Notes: a model not told the origin generated them from the letters alone. 63,813 nt of DNA, filler included, from Reticulomyxa filosa (GCA_000512085.1; 15 parts of 15 records of this genome joined end to end with filler, not necessarily neighbours in it), one strand, 5' to 3'; shown: positions 50,433-62,852, counted from the first letter of the whole stretch. A program made the numbers and translations.

Positions 50433-53384
50433 TTTTTTTGTGGTGTATGAATTAGACCTGGTTAGGTGTGCTTGAGATTAATAATTCCTTTTGAGTAATT
50501 TTTTACTTTTGATAGTAAACGAAGTGTGAACAAATGCAACCTGCGAGTGTTGTGATTCGTATAACAAGTGACAACCGTAAAGACACATTTGCATGCTTAA
50601 ATTTGATACCAGAAACTCAGCACGAAGAGGGCCCTTTTTTTGCTGTGTTTAATGTATGCTTCGGGAACAATGAATTTTCTTGCTTTTTTTTTTTTGGTGC
50701 GGCAATGCGTGCTCACCGCTTTTTTTTGTATTTAACAAAACAAAAATAACAATAATAATAAGAAGAACAATCTGCTGTCACTAATTTTTTCTCACGCTGG
50801 TTGACAGAACAGAAACCAAGCCAAAAATAAAACTAAACTAAATCAAACCAAAAAAAATCATGGGCAATAAATGGTGTGGGAATTGAAATAGACCGGAGAC
50901 AAGAACTTCCGCCCAGAGAACATCATAAAGGTATATATGAATGATTTCATGTGAAATGTTTGAATTGATTGAAATTGGAGGGTATACGTGGAACAAAAGG
51001 CAAATGAGCGCATTGGATGTGTTTGTGTTGTGTGTTACATTGTAATGCAAAAAAAAAAAAAAAAAAGGATTTGAAATTATTTATTCACTTTTGAATGATC
51101 GTATTTGGTTTGGATTTGATATCGGATTGTATGTTTTTCTTTTTCCGTCTTTGTGTATGTCTTTCGGATCTCCCTTTTGTTTTTCGAAACAAGAGCACGG
51201 TGAAGAAGCAAAGAAAAAAAGTGACACGTTTAATAATAATAACAATGATAATAACAAATCAAATCAATGCAATTGATTTGGTTTGGTGTCGATTATAGAG
51301 CAATTAAGACCTTGAACCGCTTGTTTGGGAGTGCCAATCTATCACCACCCCAGGTTTGATAAAAAAACTTTTCTTTTTTTTTTTATATGTGAGAGAGATA
51401 TCTTGTTGTATGTTAATGTTTAAAAAGAGTCTGGGAAATTATGAAGTGTCTCAAATGTTCGAGTCAGCATTTTCATTGCATGGTGATTCAATTAATGCCA
51501 TTGCACAACATTTGCAACTTGTTCCTTCCTATGCTCAACATGCTGATGCCAAAACAGGTTTGACAAAAAAAAAAAAAAAAAAAAGAGAGGAAATCACACG
51601 TGGAAAGGTTTTGGCACTCTTGTCGTAACAGAATGTGATCTCACATGGCAAATTCTCTGTCGTATTGCTTTGATTTACACGTTACGTCAGTGGTGCGGAT
51701 CAAATCAGGTTATTTCCTTCAATTTCTTTTCAAAAAAAAAAAAAAAAAAAAAGACGACAACATGTACATAAAAAAAATATAATCGTTATTTGAATAAATT
51801 AAAAATGGATTTTCTATCTTCAAATACACATAAAATGGAAAAACGCAGAATGAGACGGGGATAGTGGAAAATCAATTTGGTGTTCAAAAAAATACTCTCC
51901 AGACTTCCGACGTTCAAGATCAGGGGTTTGTGGCGTCGAACGATGAGGCTTTGAATAATACGACTGCAACTCAGTTGTTTGAAACAAAAGCCACCCATGT
52001 CGAACCTGATACCAAAGTGTCGGAAGAGGTGACTGCACCAGTTATATTTTACTTTCTCTCTATCTTGCTTGAACAAAGTTGAACATTTTCAGGCAAACAG
52101 AAAGAAAAAGACAAAGAGGAAGGAGAGGAGGGTTCACAATTTCAAATCGATACAAATACATCCATGAACTACACGTAACAGCATCAGCATCAGCATCAAC
52201 ACCCACATGGACATGGACATGGACACGGACATCATGGGCATCATCATCATCATCACCACGAACATCAACACCAACACGAGCATCATCAACATGAGCATCA
52301 TCAACATGAGCATGAGCATGAGCATGAGCATGAGCATGAGCATCACCATCATCACCATGAACACGAATCGGAACAACACTTGCATCCCACCAAGCCATCC
52401 AGTTTGGATGAGAGTCAGAACGATGATGTCCCAACAACGGAAGTACAGAAGGAACAAGAGAGGGATGACTCATTCCAAAGTGGAGATGTGAGTGACAACT
52501 TCAAAACGTCCGAACAGCCACAGACCAACGTCGAAGATTACCGAGAAAGCGGTGCTGTGAGTAGTGGCCAAGCATCCTGGAAAGATCTCGCAAAAGGGAA
52601 ATCTACGGTATGTCGAAATTCTGTGTTTACTTGTCCTCTCTTCTTTTTCTTCCTTGTGTGGCCAAACCCAGTAATTCTTTTTTGTTTGTTTTTGTCCCAT
52701 CTTTGCCTCCTTGTCCTTTTCCACATTAATTGGGTAAAGTCCTCTCCTTCTCGGCCATCTCATCACCTCCATGTGATTGCAAAAATGCCATATAAGAAAA
52801 ATGCGGATCAAGGACAATCCAAACTGTTCCAACCAACGAGCGATTTACATGTGATCAAACAACATATTACTAATGCCATGGCTGCCAAGGTATGCTTTAA
52901 AACGAAATAATCTTTTATATTTAGATTTGGACCTCGCATTGATTTATAAATAAGAGAGTTGTCATTGTTTGTTTGTGGATAATAGCACACAGTGTGGATT
53001 TCCTATGACGGGGGAATGGAGCCTCTTGCCCCTCGTGGAGTGACTCCGATCAGATGGGACACTGCAGATTCAGAACGGTTTTGGGGTATTCCTTTCAACA
53101 GCAAAACCGGAAACGAAAGCAAATTTGTGTTACACCAAATCAAGGAAATTCGGGATAGTCAATGGTGGCGTTCAGGAAATGAAAAAACAGATCGTCAACG
53201 AAACAAAACCAACAAACCTAAATATGGACGCCGTGATGAGAAGGCACCTGCTGGTGGTAATGCCAATCAAACAAGCACTGCTGCTGATCCCACGGCACGA
53301 CCAAATACAAAACAAAGGCCGCGAGAAAGCAAAAAGTCCAGCAAACAGCTTGATACTTCACAAGACAGCCAATCTAAAGACTAA
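50433..53384 (+). CDS. Multi-exon protein: possible NTF2-like N-region, acidic/His-rich disordered linker, C-terminal WYL-like domain (5' truncated)
   Basis: Exon about 52182-52607 encodes an H/E/Q tract plus ASWKDLAKG. The spliced join 52889/52986 gives ITNAMAAK|HTVWISYDGGMEPLAPRGVTP...FWGI...SKFVLHQIKEI. Basic tail to TAA at 53384. The upstream exon chain is only partly resolved. Confidence 0.55.
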
Positions 53385-53828
53385 CCTACAATCAATACAT
53401 ATACAAAATGGACACGATAACAAAAAGAAACGCCATTGGATAAATTTATTGCATCAAATGGTCTTTTTTTTTTGTCTTCCTTCTCTCTTTCACAAAGAAC
53501 GAAAAAAGAAATCTTATTATGTTTTTTTATTCGAACGATTCAACAACTCGTTGTTTTTTTTCTGCTGTTATAACTGTCCCCATCTGAATAATTTGTGTCT
53601 TAACGATGATTTGAGACAGTTTTTGATATTAGTAAGTTTTGATGATTATATTTGTTCCCTTTACAATGATAATACATTTCATTTTATAATTCATGTTTGT
53701 TCAGTCCCGTTCTAACACAGGAAGAAAAAAATCACCATTTTGTTTACTTGGCTGGTCTCTTTGAACAATGTTTTTTTTGTTTGAAGGAACCCATTCTCGT
53801 TGTAATTGATAACTTGCACAATAATATA

Positions 53829-54315
53829 ATGGGTGGCTGCATTTCACCAATAAGTAAGCAGGAGACTTTGAGTGTGACCAATGCTACAATCCAAAACATA
53901 GAGACGCCAAAACCGCAACCCGAGGCCGACAAACCAGCAAAGTTGCAATTGGCTCAAGTAAATTCAAGTACTGCAAATAAATCAAAAACAGTCACAAATG
54001 ACGACATCCGAAATAGTGGAAGTATTCACCTAGCAGATGAAACAATTGACGACGGAGACATAAGTCGTCAGCGCAATTACACGCTCTCCAGTCATCTAAC
54101 ACAGAATCAAAGCAACAGCAACATTCACCAAAGTTTGAAGAATAACACCAGTAATCATCGCGAAAACAAGCTCTCCATAACACTTGATAATTGCAATCCA
54201 ATGGAAATCGTAAATGCAGACAACAAAGAAATTGTCGAGCCAACGCCCTTTGTGAGGAACGCAAGCTCAATGGAAGATCCCGATCTGTTCTTCTTCATTG
54301 AAGAATTGTCCGAAT
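53829..54315 (+). CDS. N-terminus of a predicted myristoylated/palmitoylated protein (3' truncated)
   Basis: ATG at 53829 gives MGGCISPISK (MGxC), followed by a disordered region; runs into the spacer. Confidence 0.5.
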
Positions 54316-54415
54316 NNNNNNNNNNNNNNNNNNNNNNNNNNNNNNNNNNNNNNNNNNNNTTAATTAATTAANNNNNNNNNNNNNNNNNNNNNNNNNNNNN
54401 NNNNNNNNNNNNNNN

Positions 54416-54820
54416 TTTGCAATGTGTTACGCGTTATTTGTTATTTGCATTTTTTTGGTCTGTTTTTGCCTCTCTCTCTTGTTATTATCGTTTGCTATTA
54501 CTTGCACATAGCCGGTGTATGATATCGTAATGTGCAGTTTCTTTAGAAATCCCTTTCTCACTGCCACTGGCAATCCAAATTCATCTAATGCTCCTGGCTT
54601 CAAGCGTAAATCGCTTGCGACAAGTTCCAATCCTGACCTTGTCAATGATATATTCTTTGTTAGGTCACCTTCCAAGTAACGGCCTCTGTGTTAGACCAAA
54701 TCAAATAATATATAGGCCATGATTCTTATTTTTTTGAGTTGTTGTTTATTTTTTGTTGGTAAATATGAATACATACAGCTTGGATCCAAGCAGAGGCCCA
54801 ACAACGTATCCTAAATTCAT
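54416..54820 (-). CDS. Chorein-N (VPS13/ATG2-type lipid-transfer protein) 5' end, 3' truncated
   Basis: Spliced MNLGYVVGPLLGSKL|GRYLEGDLTKNISLTRSGLELVASDLRLKPGALDEFGLPVAVRKGFLKKLHITISY matches the LGxY...LxLKxxALxxLxLPxxVxxGxIxxLxIxIPW pattern. Confidence 0.75.
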
Positions 54821-55204
54821 TTATTTTTTTGTCCCCCAACAAAAATTATTATGTTTTTTTGTTTGTCCTTGGAGTTGAACGCTTTACTCAAACACTTTTC
54901 TGAATGCATTTTAAATAATAGAAAGAGGAGTAGTAAGTAATTGTACTATGCATAACACGTCTCAATGATCTACATCTGTTTTTTTTGGTAACGATGTCAC
55001 CACAAAAGGTTTACCAACATTGCACAACGCTTTGGAAAAAAAAAAATAAGGGCAGTTTGAAAGAAAAGTTAGGATAAGTTAATGCAGTCGATAAAACAAA
55101 GTAATTGAGGAGAATAAGTAAATAAAGGGATTTAAAGAGCGTATTTGTCAGACAAAAGGGGAAATTGGCCCGACAGAAGTGGAATAGTTTGAAATATCTA
55201 AAAG

Positions 55205-57356
55205 ATGGGTGGTGTGAATACAAAGCATGCAGTAAATACGCTATCACCACGCTCGGAATCCTTTCAACAAGTAAATTTGTTTCAGCTTCAATTTTTGAAA
55301 GGACATTCCGACGTGATCCGAGACTTAGTAAAACTGGACGAAGCGACATTTGCATCAGCCTCAGATGATGGACTAGTGTTGATATGGAGTTGCGAAACGG
55401 GGATGTTGTTGCAAGTGTTGGAAGGCCACTACGGGTATGTGAAAGTGATGTTACTGCACTGCCAGAATGTATTGCTCACCGGGGGCTACGACAAAACAGT
55501 GAGAGTTTGGAACACATTGGAAGGTACATGCATTCACACATTGCACGGACATGAAGGATGTGTGCAGTCAATTGTTCAAATGTCCAATCATGGATTTATA
55601 TCCGCATGTAAGTAAATGAATGCATAAACATATAAATAAATAATAAGTGTATATATACATTATATATGTATATGTATATATTATATACATGTATATGTAT
55701 GTATTGACATATTTTGTGAATGATATAAAAAAAAGGCAGTGGTGGAGACATAATAATGTGGACCGATCAATATGAAAAATATTGTAAGATTGATGTGAGC
55801 ACAAGAAAGCAGCACATATATTTGAGTTCGCAGTGGCACGTTTCGGCGACAAAGACAAAGGACGATCCGCAATTGATGAGCCCAGCATCGTCAACGATAA
55901 CAACAATGACGCAGAAGAAAAGCCATGGAGATAAAACGAACAACGTACCTCCAACATCAACATCAACATCAACATCAACATCAACATCAATATCCACACT
56001 CAGCCAAGTTCGCAAGGACGACACTGAGAACACAAAGGAGGGCTACGAAAACGGAAAGAAAAAAGAAAAGCTGAAAAAATACGACATCGAGCATTTGTTG
56101 TTATTCAATGATAACAAAGAGTTTGGAAAGAGCGAAGACCATTCCAAAACTTTGATGAATAATGACACCTCTACGCTTCAATCCTTGTTTGCACATGCGA
56201 ACAAGCCATTGAATCGCACTTCCAATCAAAGCTTTGAATTTCTTATCGCCGGCTGTGTCGACGGCACTTTGGCGTTCATTGATCTCCGAGCCATCGATCG
56301 CAACAACGCCGCTCATTATCAGCACTGCGAGGACCGCAATGCCACCGCGACGACCAATATCCGCATCACTCTTGTTAAAAAGCACGACGCCGGACTGTGT
56401 CAAATGTTCCAAATCAGTTGCGATCAAATGGTCAGCGTCGGCATCTTTGGACTGATTTGTGTGTGGAAAATGAATTCGTACAAACCGCAGTGTTTGCATC
56501 GAATCAATGATACCACCAACGAAACCTTGCTTGTCACGAACAACAATCCTACTGACTCATCCACGTCTGTCGACGTCTCGAATCCAAATCCGAATCCGAA
56601 TCCGAATCCGACTTTCACACAAAACATCCATAACAATGACTTTCATATGGATATTCGAAGCATTATTCAAGTTTGTTTTTTTTAATACTAACATTTTTAA
56701 GAAGCTGTGAAAAATTATGTTTGTGATTTAAAAAAAAAAAAAAAAAAAAGGTGTCAAATGGTGACTTTATTTGTGGCGTGGGTAGTCATTTGATAGTTTT
56801 TAATCACTGCTTCGAAGTTCGATTGAGTGTGTTCAAGGCACACGAAAATTCAATAGCTGCTTTGACAACAATCAAAGACGAAAAAATATTAATTAGCGCT
56901 GGCATGGATGAGACAGTTCGACTTTGGGATTTGGAACTGATGTATCAATGCCAAACACAGCAACCTCTTCGATTACAATCGCTACGGTCTCTATTGATGC
57001 CTCCTTCTTTGGTCAATGACTCAGTCTTTGTCACAGAACGCATACGAACGCGCTCGCACGTAGACGGAAATCGCGCCAATTCTACCGTCTCTGACGAAGC
57101 TAAAAGGCTCGGTGCATTTAGTGCTTCCACCGACGATGTTGACTCACAAAATCTGAACAACTACAGATTGCGCTCGGGACATGTGTCGCTTGGAGTGTAT
57201 CGGGTCCATTCCAGTCCCATTTCTTCTTTGATCAGTCTTAATAATCACTTCTTTGTCAGTGGCGACCACAGCTATCAAGTCGTGCTGTGGAAAGACGCAT
57301 GCTATGTATCAACACTTCAAAATCAACAAATACGGGAGTTTTTTCAAATGGATTGA
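55205..57356 (+). CDS. WDR41: WD40-repeat protein, WDR41-like, 3 exons
   Basis: LKGHSDVIRDLVKLDEATFASASDDGLVLIW..TG..L..LEGH, CGVGSHLIVF, AHENSI...LISAGMDETVRLWDL and HSSPI...VVLWKD parallel the WDR41 first, penultimate and last blades. WD40 is certain; orthology is moderate. Confidence 0.65.
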
Positions 57357-57794
57357 CTCCAAATCTCTATTTGCCTCGACCATTTTAAAAAAACTTTTTC
57401 CATTGTAAGGTGCAGAACAAGAAAACAAAACGTTGTAAAGAAGATAACATCAGTAAAAGCTCACTGTTCAATGCATTTTATTCTTTCAAACAATTTTACG
57501 ACACATTTTAACATTTATTACATTATCCACTCCAAACTTCTCTCAAAAAGTTTCTCCAAACATTTGGCATCTTTCTTTTTTGAAGCACTTCTATATAGAG
57601 GAATAGCTGAAATTGAATTTGAAAAGTCAAAATTTCTCATCAAACGGAAATTGAAATTATTTAACAAGCAAACCAAAATGAAAAAGACAAAGAAATGCCT
57701 TTCTATTGAAGCCAATAGAATGAGAACAATAGAAAAAAAAAAGTAATAATAAAATAAAAGAGATGAAGATATGTGTGAAAACAACAAACAGTGA

Positions 57795-58965
57795 TTATTT
57801 TGATTTTTGATGTTTATTCGCTTTGAGACGCATGAGACGATTTTCGAGTTCGGTTTTGAGATTAAATTCAAATGGGATGCGAGGGTAAGTGTATTCCCAA
57901 ATAATGTAAAATAACGAGGTTTCGAAATAGTTGATGGGATCCACTCCAGGACGGAGTTGACCACAGAGAACAAAAGAATTGGTAATGATATTTTGTAATT
58001 TTTCTTTGTAATGAAGACATTTTTGATAGCCCTGTTTCAATACATTCAAACAAGGGTAGTTGTCAGAAGCACAATCGATGACATTTTTGTCGTGCTTAGG
58101 ATTCTTGACACTGACCAAATCTTGGCCCATTAACAATGCAAATTCGACACAATGCACTAATGTATCACTGCATTGATGGCTATCACAACTGTTACTACGC
58201 TCACTATATAAGAGGCACTATGATCATTTAAAAAAAAAAAAAAGCTGATTGCTCAAATGAAACAAATCCAAAAAAAAGAAATTTGTTTTGCTTATACTTG
58301 AATTGCCAATTCGACTGGTGTAGTCCTTGCAGATGTGTTATCTCGTAATGTAAAGTTCCCATGGTATTTGAACAACAGTTTTAGTGCAAAGATATTACTC
58401 GAACTAACTGCACTATGAACTGCGTTTTGGCCAGAATCGTTGGTGTAATTGATTACCTCTTCTTGCTCCATTAGGGTGCGATGTGTCAACACAAACTGCA
58501 AGCATGCGTTCGATTGCTGATGATTTATTCCACTCAACAAGTGGATTATTTTACTATTATCATTTGTGCAAAATGTAAACAATTCGTTAATATTTTTCAT
58601 CATTCGTAGTTTATTGTACACATTCACGAGTTTTTGTGTTTTTTTTTTTCCAACCATTATTATTGCATCTAGACTATTGGGCTGCATTTCTGACAATCTA
58701 TTTTTGTTTGTTTTGTTTTTGTTCCTTCAATTACACACAAACTACTGTTATCACTACTAAAATAAAAAATTTTTGTTATTCAAAGTTTGTCGTACTCTTC
58801 TATCATTTCTTTTGCCAATATATCGTCAGATTTGCTTTGTATGATACCCGCTTTGTAAGCAATGGTTTCCAATTCGTGCTTTTTTTCAAGCAGAGCTCGC
58901 AACTGCTCTTCAAGTTCCCTCTGACGTTCATCGTCATCTTCTCTTGTTTCTTTTTCCTCAGACAT
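57795..58965 (-). CDS. Ankyrin-repeat protein with coiled-coil N-terminus, multi-exon
   Basis: INYTNDSGQNAVHSAVSSSNIFALKLLFKYHGNFTLRDNTSARTTPVELA, then HCVEFALLMG. Confidence 0.7.
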
Positions 58966-59246
58966 GTCCTCCTAAAAAGTTCAGTTTTATAAATATTTCT
59001 CGATCCTGTTAATCTTTGCTTCTGTTTAAATTTAGTTTGCGTGCTTTCTTTTTTATTTGCTTTTCTTATTGTGTTTGCACAGTTTTATACTTAAATTTCT
59101 GCAACATTTGATTTAAAGAATGAAACTTTATTTAGGTTTATAGCAACAATTTCATAAATTAAAAAAGTTTTAAAAGAATTATCCGCACTTGCTTTTTCTT
59201 TAATTCTTTTTTATTTAATTTTATTCAATTTTTGAGTTGTAAAGTA

Positions 59247-59273
59247 CAGTATGATAAAAAAGAAAGTTGACAC
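59247..59273 (+). mobile_element. TIR family B terminus at contig end
   Basis: TA|CAGTATGATAAAAAAGAAAGTTGACAC, one mismatch from 8492-8518. Confidence 0.7.
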
Positions 59274-59373
59274 NNNNNNNNNNNNNNNNNNNNNNNNNNN
59301 NNNNNNNNNNNNNNNNNTTAATTAATTAANNNNNNNNNNNNNNNNNNNNNNNNNNNNNNNNNNNNNNNNNNNN

Positions 59374-60759
59374 TTGATGATTGATTGCCAAATGAAATGG
59401 AGTTTATCGATATTCATTACATGAATCATTTATTCAATGTCAGGATAATTTTGCAATACCAATTTAAATTGTGACAAATCTCCTGATTTTGCCACCTCAT
59501 GAATAGAAGTGTTGCATCTTTTGTATGTATTCTTATCATTATTCAAACAAAGATATGGAATACTATTGTAAGTATTGTCATCAATCCATTTTGGTTGATG
59601 AGTTGGAAATTTCCATTTAATTGCCTGTTTATTACGGTATCTGATTAACTCATTCAAAGTATCAAAATTGATATTATTGTCATCACAGCTCAATTGAATA
59701 CAAGGATTGAATATCATCAAACCAAATACCAATAATTAAATGTCCGTGTCATTGTCTGTTTTCCAAATACGATTATTTAAATTCCCTTTGTTCATCAATA
59801 TATTTTCATTTTCATTTGGATATTTTCAATCCACCAATTGTTGCACAACATATCTTCAGATATTTTTGATAATTCATGTTTCAAATTCCATGTACATCCC
59901 TTTCCAACAAATGTGTCACCAATAAATACAATTGTTTGTCATTCAATTTCGTTAATATTTTTAAACGTAATCTCATCAATAAGTTATCTTTATATGTGTT
60001 CTTGCTTGTATTAATCAAATGTTTGGAAACAAATATCAAAGCTCTCCGATTGTTTTTCATTTCATTTTGTTAAAATTTCTTCAAATGCTTTTTCATATTA
60101 GTGAAAGTAAAGCATTGAAAATTCCTTCCGCGCTACGAGTAATTCTGCACATCTCTGACGCAAACATTGATCCTTGTTTTTATCATTTAAAACAATTGAA
60201 AGCAATATCGAATTGTTTTTCATCCAATGATTCCTTTAAGTAGATTGGTATATTTATTTGTATATGCACGTATATCCGCACTGTTTGATCTGATTAAGCA
60301 ATTAAAATCATTTTCGAATTGTCTTTCAGACAATTTCACTGTAATTGCCTGCAATTGCCTTAAGTACATCGCCAACCACATCATAAGAGTTATTTATATC
60401 ATTGAATATATCTATTAAATAATTAAAAGTATCAATCAATTGTTTAGCATTCCATTTCATTGAGAGTTTCCAAGTAATTTTGCACATTTTGCACAAACAT
60501 TATCATCTACTTTTCTGTCGGATAATTGATTAATCAAGCATTTAAAGAGATCGTCTAATTATTCTCCTTTCAATCCCATTATAAATTGAGTCGCATCTGC
60601 ACCATAATTTCTATTACAAAAATATGAAGAAAGCTTATGAATGAAATATTGAAATGTATCACCATTCATTAAATTAATAACGCATTTGGTATCATTTAAA
60701 TTCCATTGAGGGATGTGTAATTCATTGATAATGATTGACCATAATTATTCGATATTGCC
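59374..60759 (-). pseudogene. Decayed HEAT-like-repeat + ankyrin gene (lineage-expanded family)
   Basis: Fragments such as MKWNAKQLIDTFNYLI and LDDLFKCLIN with many stops, then SIHEVAKSGDLSQFKLVLQNYPDI...PFHLAIN (ankyrin). Confidence 0.5.
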
Positions 60760-60859
60760 NNNNNNNNNNNNNNNNNNNNNNNNNNNNNNNNNNNNNNNNN
60801 NNNTTAATTAATTAANNNNNNNNNNNNNNNNNNNNNNNNNNNNNNNNNNNNNNNNNNNN

Positions 60860-62713
60860 TCCATGGAGGCATTGACAGAACTCATATCCACGAAGTTATT
60901 AAGAAATGCAAAGAAAGATTAAAATCAATGGAAAACATGGTTGAATCGAAAGAAAATGAATCCCAACGTAATCCAAAAGAAATTTGGCTTTTCTTGGATG
61001 AATTCAATACTTCACCTGATATTGGCTGGTTCAATGAATTAATTTGCAATCGTTCTCTTGATGGGGTCAAAATACCAGATGAGATTAAAATCCTTGCTGC
61101 GTGCAATCCCTATCGCGAGCGTAAACTCAATAAACAGGAAAATGAGTGGTTTGGCAGAGATCACTTGGCCCAGTACGCATATCGAGTATTTCCTTTATGT
61201 GAAACTGTGAAAGCGCATCTTTGGCAATTTGGATCGTTGCCAGATTTAGACGAACGTCAATACATTTTGGAAATGATTAAAAATCGAAAAAAAGAATTGA
61301 AGAGACATCTTCAAACCGCGTTCGACAATGAAGTGCCCTTTATTGTCGATAAAATTTGCAAATCACAAGCGTTTGTGCGTACCAAATTGCAAGATGTGGC
61401 AACAGTATCCTTACGAGATGTGGACAGATGTTTGAAGATTTTTATTTGGCTTGTCAATAAGAATTTTACAGACGATATCAGACAATGTCTGGTGATTTCC
61501 ATGGGAGTTTGTTATTATTATCGTTTGAAGGCAAACGAAAGAGAAGAATACCAAAAAGTGATTACAAAAGATATAAATTTCTTGGAGAATTTGAAAAGAG
61601 AAAGGGATATGTTTTGCAGCGCCCTTACTTGTTCCCAAGGTAGATATATATATGTATATATAATATGATAATGTTTTATTCGTTAATTACACGCAATTGA
61701 ATAAACACTGTGATATTTTCAATCAAACAAACAAATAATAATTAGAGATCGCACAAACGGAGGCATTAAAGGAGATATTATTTGTATTATTTATTTGCAT
61801 TATCACGACGACTCCAAGTTTTGTTTTGTTTTTTTAAAAAAAATAAAATAAAATAAATATGTATGATTATAATCTATGTATCGATGAATTTACAGTTGTG
61901 CTAGTTGGAGATCCTGGAACATCGAAAACGTTATCTTTTCAAATTCTCAAAAAAAATATGTGTCAATCTGAAATTGCTAATTTTCGAAAAAGATTAAAAA
62001 AGGAAAGTATCGATTTGAAGGCCCTTCATGTTGTGTCATTTCAATGCACGCAAAATAGCAAAGCCTTTCGAATCCAAGAGAGATGGGATCAAGCAATGAG
62101 CCACTCGGATGACAAGCTCATCAAACTCTTGTTATTGGACGAGATCGGCTTGGCAGAGCACTCCAAACACTCTCCTTTGAAGGTGTTGCATTACTTGTTA
62201 GAAAATCCGAAAATTTCATTTGTGGGATTATCCAATTGGCCTTTGGATGCCGCGAAAATGAATCGTGTCATTGTGCATCAAATTCCAAATGATCTTGATA
62301 ATGATCTTAAAGCCATTGGAGAAGCAATTTACAAGACCGAACATACAAACTTACAGCAGACTCATGTAGACATGCTGATGGAGGTTTTCAAAGAATTACA
62401 CAAACAGATATCAGAACAATACATATTAAGCAAAAGCAAAGACAATTGGTTGGGGAGACGAGATTTTTATGCCTTGATTCGTCATTACATGCACAATCCG
62501 GTACCCAGCGAATCTTTTCAAGGTATAATGAGAAATTTGGGAGGTTGTAGAGATCCACAATTTCAAAGATATGTGGCAGAGATATTAGAAAGTGTGTCAC
62601 GAAAAAGTGCAACAGAGGTATCAGCATTAATGAGTAAGTGGGGACCTTTGAAATGTGTGAAAATGAATCTTCAAGATGAAGATTGCAGACATTGTATGCT
62701 GGTGTGTGAGAAT
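60860..62713 (+). CDS. RNF213: RNF213 (mysterin)-like AAA+ ATPase core, internal fragment, multi-exon
   Basis: WLFLDEFNT, ILAACNPYR, YRVFPL, VSLRDVDRC, LVGDPGTSKT (Walker A), VSFQC, LLDEIGLAE..SPLKVLHYLLE, FVGLSNWPLDAAKMNR, GRRDFYALI and IMRNLGG: RNF213 motifs in the same order. Confidence 0.88.
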
Positions 62714-62813
62714 NNNNNNNNNNNNNNNNNNNNNNNNNNNNNNNNNNNNNNNNNNNNTTAATTAATTAANNNNNNNNNNNNNNNNNNNNNNNNNNNNNNN
62801 NNNNNNNNNNNNN

Positions 62814-62852
<39 letters not shown>

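Noticed and set aside
52060-52491. ORFs with MLMLML, MDMD, DAHAHA or ASAS repeats (also 55568-56033, 45051-45254, 63401-63703)
   Set aside because: These are alternative-frame or antisense readings of coding hexamer microsatellites.
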